Below are positions 18,601-27,600 of a stretch of 64,000 bases of DNA, piece after piece. Source of the DNA: a virus (lineage: Duplodnaviria > Caudoviricetes). Made by a program: the position numbers and the translations under genes. The number at the start of each line of letters is the position of its first letter. Position 1 is the first letter of the stretch. A model generated the notes under the pieces. That model did no database searches, was not told the DNA's origin, and saw nothing but the letters and a program-made list of their open reading frames with translations. The stretch lies in IMG/VR virus record IMGVR_UViG_3300042451_000960; one strand, written 5' to 3'.

Positions 18601-21600
18601 CGGATGTACCATCTAATCCATCACTACCAGAACTACCTGAACTACCATCTGAGCCCGATGAACCAGATGAACCGCTTGAGCCACTTATACCGCTTGAGCC
18701 GCTTGAACCACCAGTACCAGCTGTACCAGATGTGCCATCTTCTCCCGAAGTGCCAGACGTACCACCACTACCACTACTTCCGCTTGAGCCGCTTGAGCCG
18801 GATGAGCCGGATGAGCCACTACTTCCACTACTTCCGCTTGAGCCATCAGAACCCGATGAGCCTGATGTACCGCTACTTCCACTACTTCCGCTTGAGCCAT
18901 TAGAACCTGTTGTACCGCTTGAACCACTACTTCCAGAAGAACCCGAAGAGCCGCTTGAACCGGATGAGCCGGATGAGCCACTACTTCCGCTTGAGCCGGA
19001 TGAGCCGGATGAACCGCTTGAGCCTCCACTTCCACTACTTCCGCTTGAGCCACTGCTTCCGCTTGAACCACTACTTCCAGAAGAACCCGATGAACCGCTT
19101 GAACCAGATGAACCGCTTGAGCCACTACTTCCAGAAGAACCTGAAGAGCCGCTTGAACCACTACTTCCACTACTACCGCTTGAGCCACTGCTTCCGCTTG
19201 AACCGGATGAACCAGATGTGCCAGCTGAACCTGCAGACCCACTACTACCGCTTGAGCCGCTTGTACCTGCAGTACCACCAGAACCAGCAGTACCAGTAGA
19301 ACCTGATGAGCCACTACTTCCGCTTGAGCCTGATGAACCACCACTACCGCTTGAGCCACTGCTTCCGCTTGAACCGGATGAACCGCTTGTGCCGCTTGTA
19401 CCGCTTGTACCAGCAGAGCCGCTCGTACCGCTTGTACCCGATGTGCCACTTGAACCGCTTGAACCACTACTTCCAGATGAGCCCGAAGAACCAGAACTGC
19501 CGCTTGAACCAGATGAGCCCGATGAGCCGCTTGAGCCACCACTTCCACTTGAACCTGATGAACCGCTTGAGCCGCTTGAACCACTACTTCCACTACTTCC
19601 AGATGAACCCGAAGAACCACTTGAGCCGCTTGAACCACTACTACCACTACTTCCAGATGAACCCGAAGAGCCAGAGCTTCCAGATGAACCTGAAGAGCCG
19701 CTTGAACCACTACTTCCACTACTTCCGCTTGAGCCGCTTGAGCCGGATGTACCTTCCGAACCCGTTGTACCACTTGAGCCGCTTGAGCCACTACTTCCGC
19801 TTGAACCTGATGAACCTGAGCTACCACTTGAGCCGCTTGAACCACTACTTCCACTACTGCCGCTTGTGCCAGCAGAACCAGAAGAGCCGCTCGTACCGCT
19901 TGTGCCAGAAGAGCCCGAACTACCGCTTGAGCCGCTTGTACCGGATGTGCCAGATGTGCCACCACTTCCGCTTGTACCAGAACTGCCGCTTGAGCCGCTT
20001 GTACCACTACTTCCGCTTGAGCCGCTTGAGCCATCAGTTCCAGAAGAACCCGATGTACCACTTGAACCGCTTGAGCCGGATGAGCCGCTTGTGCCAGACG
20101 AACCGGATGAGCCACTTGAGCCGGATGTACCTCCTGTGCCAGCAGTTCCCGAACTACCGCTTGTACCATCTACGCCCGATGTACCCGCTGCCTGTTGTAC
20201 GTTTCTAGCTTCTAATTTTTTTGTTGTTGGATTCCATGTTACAACTAAATCGGATGCCGATGATGTATATGGAGTTCCCCAATATATACTCCCACTAACT
20301 CCTAAGCTTCCACTTATTGTTAAGTTAGCGTTTATTGTAGAATCTTTGTTTACTTGTAAGAAAGATGCCGTATTCACACCTTCCGCATTTAGAGCGTACA
20401 ATGCATATGATGCGGTAAATGCTAATGAAGCAGTACCAACAGTCATTGATGCTGTTTGTGAATTAAGAACAAAGTTTGATGTATCTACATTTGATGCATT
20501 TTGTGCAAATAATGCGTAAGATGATGTTTCTGCAAAATATGAATAAGATGATGTTACTGCAAATGATGCAGTACCAACAGTCATTGATGCAGTTTGTGAG
20601 GCCTGAACAAACAATGATGTATCAACATTTGCCGCATTTGCTGCAAATAAAGCGTAAGATGAAGAAAGTGCGTAAGATGCACTTAACACCGTCATTGATG
20701 ATGTCTGGTCATTCTTTACATAATCTGCTAAATTAAGATTTGTAATAGAAGATGATAAGAATGCTAATGAAGCCGAATCAAATCCTGCAACATTACCAGC
20801 ACTATCAGCAAATATTGCATGAGATGCGGAAAGTACAGTTCCAAATACTCTATCACCATTTATAGTACCACTAATTAGAGAACCACCACTACCAATTACA
20901 ACATGTCCAGAAGTTACTCCAGCAAATTTAATATTTATTGTATTTTTATCAATTGATTTAATTGTACCAGGTAATATTTGGTCTTCAGAACCAGTTGCGT
21001 AAACCTGAACCATTGGATACAAAATATCCAAATTATGTACAATTGTTAAATCACTTACATTACTAAATGCTACAGTTTCAGTTAATGATGATTCAGGTTG
21101 AGGTATAAAATATCCTTGAGTTGTATTATATCTTAAAATATCGTATTCTGCGGATGCGGTAGGCCCTACTCCTTGGAAATTATATGTTCCTAAGAATGAA
21201 CCTGTAAATAAATGTGCTTTTATTGTGTTGGATGCTGTAATCGTATTTCCAACATATAAGTTGCCCCAAATAGATGCCGATGTATTTACTACAAACCCTT
21301 TATCCGGCGAAATTGATGCGGTAAACGAACCACTCTTTAATAAGAATGCATCAAATGCTAAATTAGCAATTGTAATATTATTTAATCCACTACCATCACC
21401 AATGAATATAGAACCTGATTGAGCTATTACATTTCCACCACTAACAAATATACTTCCACTTACAGTTAACGAACCAGAGTGAATTCTAGTATTTGTATTA
21501 ATATCCAATAAAGTTGGAGAAATAACTGCTCTCGCAGAACCTGATTCAATTCTATCTAATTTAAGGTCTTGTAGAGCGTTTGCTGGGATATTAAATAATC

Positions 21601-24600
21601 CACCACCATCACCACGATAAAGTGCTGCTGTAATTGGTGTGTTTACTTCTAATGTATCCGGAGATTGTATTGCTCTACCAGAACCAGATTGAATTCTATC
21701 TAATTGTAAATCTTCTAAAGCTGATAGTGGAATATCAAATAATTGTGCACCACTACCACTAAATACTGAACCAGATGCTACCCTAACATCACCAAAGAAG
21801 AACGAACCACTTTCTATTGAAGTTACTATAAATCCTTGATTTGGTGCTACCGATGCAGTTACCGAACCACTTTGAATTCTTGGTGCTGCTGCAGCTTGTA
21901 CGTTTGTAATTTGAGAACCATCACCAATAAAGGCAAAAGCAGTAACACTACCACTTACGTCTATTGAACCCGTAAACTGAGAACCGATTTGAGAACCTGT
22001 TGCTGTTGTTTGTACTCTAAATCCAAAGTTTGGTGATACAGATGCTGTTACACTACCACTTGAAATTCTTGGTGCCGCTTGTGCCGTTACGTTTGTAATA
22101 AATGTACCATCACCAATAAGGAATTGTGCAGTAACACTACCACTTACGTCTATTGAACCAGTAAATTGAGAACCAATTTGAGAACCCGTTGCTAATGTTT
22201 CTACTCTAAATCCAAAGTTTGGTGAAACGGATGCCGTTACCGAACCACTTTGAATTCTTGGTGCAGCTTGTGCCGTTACGTTTGTTAAGAATGTACCATC
22301 ACCATAAATAAAGTTAGTAACATATAATGAACCGCTAACACCAACACTACCAGTAAATTGAGAACCAATTAATCCACCTGTAAATGGTGTATTTACAATA
22401 AATCCATCAGGACTTACTGAAGCTGTTACAGAACCGCTTGATAATCTTAATGATTCTATTGAAGAACTTGCAAATTGAATGTTTGTTATAAAAGTACCAT
22501 CACCAATAAAAGATGAACCACTTTCAACAACAACATTACCACCAGTTACGAATAAGCTACCACTAAATTGTGCCGGTCCTATGTTTCTAAATGTAGATGA
22601 TGATGAAACTATCAATGAACCAGTTACTCTTAACTCACCATTTATATCTACATTATTTTGGAATTGTGCACCACTTACTAAAAGGTCACCATCAATTCTA
22701 ACATCACCAAAGAAATCAGAACCACTATCTATTGATTCTACTCTAAATCCATATGCAGGACTTACAGATGCGGTTACACTACCACTTGCTATTCTAAATG
22801 CATCTCCTGTTAAATTAGAGAATGGTATTTCAAATAATCCTTTACCACTACCACTAAAGTATGAACCAGTTTCTAATTGAACAACACCACCATATCCACC
22901 ACTAATGAATAATGAACCACTAATCTCTTGCTTATCACTTTCACTATCACCAAATTTATTAGAACCAGATGAATAAATTATTGATGAAGAAATATATTGT
23001 GCAAATAACTCAGTTGTTACTATTTTTCCACCTACATAAAGGTCATTTTGTATATTTGCCGAACCAGTTATACCAACATATCCAATTACATCTAAGTTTG
23101 TTAGTATAGAAGATTGTGATACAAATAATCCACCACTAATTTGTGCATCTGCATTGACTAAAAATCCAAAATTTGGCGATACTGATGCAGTAACACTACC
23201 ACTTGCTATTCTAGATGCATCTCCAGTTAAATTTGAAAAAGGAATATCTCTCAAATCTCTACCACTACCACTAAATGCCGATGCCGAAACTACAGTATTA
23301 ACTTCCAATCCTTTATCAGGAGAAATTGATGCTGTTGCTGAACCACTAGCTATTCTGAATACATCTTGTGCAAGTGCGGAAATTGGAATATCATAAAGTC
23401 CTTTACCGCTACCAGTAAACATTGAAGCAGAAACATAAGATGAAACACTTAGACTTCCTGTTATTTTTGTATTACCTATAAAATCAAGTCTACCTTCATC
23501 AATTACTAAAGCATCGGTTAAATTCATTATTCCACTCATTCCGGAATGGAATTGGCAAATATAATATAATGTAGATGGAGAGCCAGATGGTGGAGTGAAC
23601 GTAATAACACCCACATCATCACCATTATTTATTACCCCATCGTTATATGAATTGGTTGGTCCAGAAACCTGTATAGTTTTTATCCAGAAAGGATGTCCAC
23701 TTGCATTTACATTAAATGTATAAGTTGCCCCTCTTAGTAATGTTAATGTTGGATTTGAACCTGTTGCTGCTCCACTAAATGTATATGCACTAGCACCATT
23801 ATTACTAACATTAAATGTTCTAAATTCTTCACCCAATGCACTTCCACTATAAATTAATGTGTTAGATGCAGATACTAATAAACTTCCTGTAATTTTTGAG
23901 AATGTATTTACTTCAAATCCTTTGGTTGGGGATATTGAGGCAGTTGCACTTCCACTTGCTATTCTAAAGGCATCACCACTTAGTGCAGATTGTGGAATAT
24001 CAAATAGTCCAATACCACTACCAGAATAAAATACTGATGATGAAAGAACAATATTAACATTTACTTCTAAACCTTTATCAGGAGATATTGATGCTGTTGC
24101 TGAACCACTAAATATTTTGGAAAGGTCTAAGTCTTTAATTGCTGTTTTTGGAATATCAAATAATCGTTCACCACTACCACTAAATGAAGAACCAGAAGAT
24201 AATTCAATTCCTTTTGCTCCACTTACAAATAATGAACCTGTAATTTGTGAGCCAAACTCAGATGATTCTACTCTAAAACCTTCGGTTGGTGATACGGATG
24301 CCGTTACACTACCACTTGCTATACGGAATGAATCTCCCGTAAATGCGGAACGAGGTATATCATATAAACCAGCACCACTACCAGTAAACATTGAAGCGGA
24401 TACTGGAAATAAGAATGTTGAAAAAGTATTTACTCTAAATCCTTGAGCCGGCGATATGGATGCAGTTGCTGAACCAGAGAATATTAATGATGTATCTAAA
24501 TCAGATATTGCTGACTTTGGAATTTCTCTTAGGTATCTACCTTCTCCATAATAAGAAGAACCTGTTGCTAATTGTAATGAACCACTATAAGGATTTACAA

Positions 24601-27600
24601 ATAAACTACCACTAATATTAACCGAACCTGTAAATTGCGAACCACTTGCTAATGATTCTACTTTAAATCCAAAATCAGGACTTACAGATGCTGTTACTGA
24701 ACCGGATTTTATTTCCGTTGTAACCAATGCATCTTCGGTAAGTGCTGAACGAGGTATATCTTTTAAGCCAGCACCACTACCACTAAAGAATGAACCTGTT
24801 GCTACTTGAACGATACCACTAACAATTACAGAACCTGTGAATTGAGAGCCACTACCCAAAGATTCCACTCTAAATCCAAATTCAGGTGTAACAGACGCTG
24901 TTACAGAACCCGTTGCTATTGATGTTAATTCGAATGATAATGCTGAACGAGGTATATCTTTTAAGCCAGCACCACTACCACTAAAGAATGAACCAGTTGC
25001 AGCTTGTATATTTCCGCTTACAATTAATGAACCTGTAAATTGCGAACCACTTGCTAATGATTCTACTTTAAATCCAAAATCAGGAGATACCGATGCAGTT
25101 GCACTACCACTAGCAATTCTAAATACTTCTTGAGAAAATGCTGATATAGGAATATTAAATAAATCTCTACCACTACCACTAAATGCTGATGCGGATACTA
25201 CGGTATTTACTTCTAAACCAAAATCAGGAGAAATAGATGCGGTTGCTGAACCACTTGCTATTCTATTAATTTCGAAAGCTAATGCAGATTGTGGTATATC
25301 AAATAATTGTGCACCACTACCACTAAATGAAGAACCAGATGCTACTCTAATATCACCTTTAACTTCCAAACTTCCAGTTACTTCTTGCTTATCGGTAGCG
25401 CTGTCACCAAATTTGTTTGAACCAGAAGAGTAAATTATTGAAGATGAAATATATTCTGCAATTAATTCAGTTGTTACTATTTTTCCATCAACATATAAAT
25501 CATTAGTTATACGTTGACTACCTTTAACCCCAACAGAACCAGTAACTTCCAATCCTTGCAATTTAGAAGAAGCAGATACATATAATCCACCCTCAATTGT
25601 TGCATTTGAATTAACATAAAATCCAACATTAGGACTTACGGATGCTGTTACTGAACCAGAAACTAATTTAGATGCTTGCTCAATTTGTAAATTGAATAAT
25701 CCACTACCATCACCTCTAAATAATGAAGCGGTCATTATACCAAGTGCTTTAACATCTTCTATTGTTGTAATAGAATTTGTTACAAACAAATATCCATTTA
25801 TTGTAGTAAATGTAGTTACTTCAAATCCTTTTTGCGGTGATATTGAAGCAGTTGCCGAGCCACTTGCTATTCTAAATGCTTCAGTTGCTAATGCTGATAA
25901 TGGAATATCAAATAATCCAGCACCACTACCACTAAATTTAGAAGCAGATACTAAAGTGTTTACAACTAAACCAGTTCCTAATATAAACGATGCTGAAAAA
26001 CTTGCACTTTCTAATAAGTAAGATTTCCCGGCTAATTCACTTAACTGAATATTATTGATATATCTACCATCGCCAATAAAGTAAGAACCACTTATTATAC
26101 TCACACTACCACTTACGTCTATTGAACCAGTAAATTCAGAACCACTAAGTGCTGAAATTACTTTAAATCCAACTTCAGGTGATACGGATGCTGTCACACT
26201 TCCACTAGCAATTCTTGGAACATCTCCAGTAAATGCTGAGAATGGAATATTAAATAATCCACCACCATCACCTCTAAACAATGATGCACTTAACGAACCA
26301 CTTATTTCAACTGAACCAGTAAATTCAGAACCACTCAATGCGGAATCAACTACAAATCCTTTATCCAATGAAACAGAAGCTGTAATACTTCCTGTTGCTA
26401 TTCTAAATGCCTCATTTGCTAATGCATTTAATGGTATATTAAATAACCCAGCACCACTACCAGAATAAAATACAGATGCCGATAATACTACATTTGTATT
26501 TATTTCCAATCCTCTTTCCGAAGATATAGAAGCTGTTGCGCTTCCACTTGCTATTAAATTAGAAACTAATGCATCCGGTGCTAATGCTGAACGAGGAATA
26601 TCTAATAATCCTCTACCACTACCACTAAAAAATGAACCAGTTGCTACCTGTATGTTTCCGCTTACAATTAACGAACCCGTAAATTGAGAACCGCTCTCTA
26701 ATGATTCTACTTTAAAACCAAAATCAGGAGAAACCGAAGCAGTTACACTACCACTTGATATTTTAGTGATTTCAAAAGCTAATGCAGATTGTGGAATATC
26801 AAATAATCCAATACCACTACCAGAGAAAAATCCAGCACCTTTTGGTATGAATATACTACCACTTACATCAATTGAACCTGTAAATTCCGAACCACTTGCT
26901 AAAGATTCAACTTTAAATCCAAATTCAGGTGATACAGATGCTGTTACACTTCCTGTTGAAATTTTAGTAATTTCAAAAGATAAAGCAGATTGTGGAATAT
27001 CAAATAAATCTCTACCACTACCACTAAAGAATGATGCTGATACTTTGTTTAATATAGATGAGCCTGTTACAATTAGAAAATCTCTTATCGTAACACCAGT
27101 ATTTACCAACAAACCAGTATTAGGTGCTATTGAAGCAGTTGCAGAACCACTTGCTATTCTATTAATTTCAAATGAAAGAGCCGCTTGTGGGATATTAAAC
27201 AATCCTTCACCACTACCAGAGAAAAATCCACTACCAGAAGGGATTGAAATACTACCACTTACATTTATTGAACCTGTAAATTGAGAACCACTTTCTAATG
27301 ATTCCACTCTAAATCCAAAGTTTGGTGATACAGATGCTGTTACACTACCACTAGCTATTCTAGGTGCTACTGTTGATGGTACATTTGTTAATTGTGAACC
27401 ATCTCCAACAAAAAATCTTGCAAATATCGATTCTGATACAAATAAGCTACCTGTTATTCTACTATCTACATTTACAACAAATCCGTTATCAGGTGCTATT
27501 GATGCTGTTGCTGAACCACTAAATATTTTTGTAGAATCTATGGATAAATTTGCTAATGAAATGTTTGTCAATCCACTACCGTCACCATAAAAGAATGAAC

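Noticed and set aside
16150-20190. Ice-nucleation protein or true collagen call
   Set aside because: No AGYGSTxT octapeptides and no Gly-Pro/charged triplets. Kept only as a structural hypothesis.
9765-20190. CRISPR array or microsatellite
   Set aside because: The repeats are in-frame, synonymous-codon-variable and lack constant repeats with unique spacers.
9742-20208. Alternative-frame ORFs rich in QAAQ/VVVV or MNRLS/HYFR
   Set aside because: They are frame-shifted readings of the same low-complexity GSS repeat and lie wholly inside the giant genes.
17232-20519. 1095-aa plus-strand PLEP/PDEP-rich ORF, and similar ones at 10218, 10965, 12441 and 16233
   Set aside because: These are antisense shadows of Gly/Ser codons, whose reverse complements give Pro, Leu, Glu and Asp and no stops. 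No promoter or RBS supports them.
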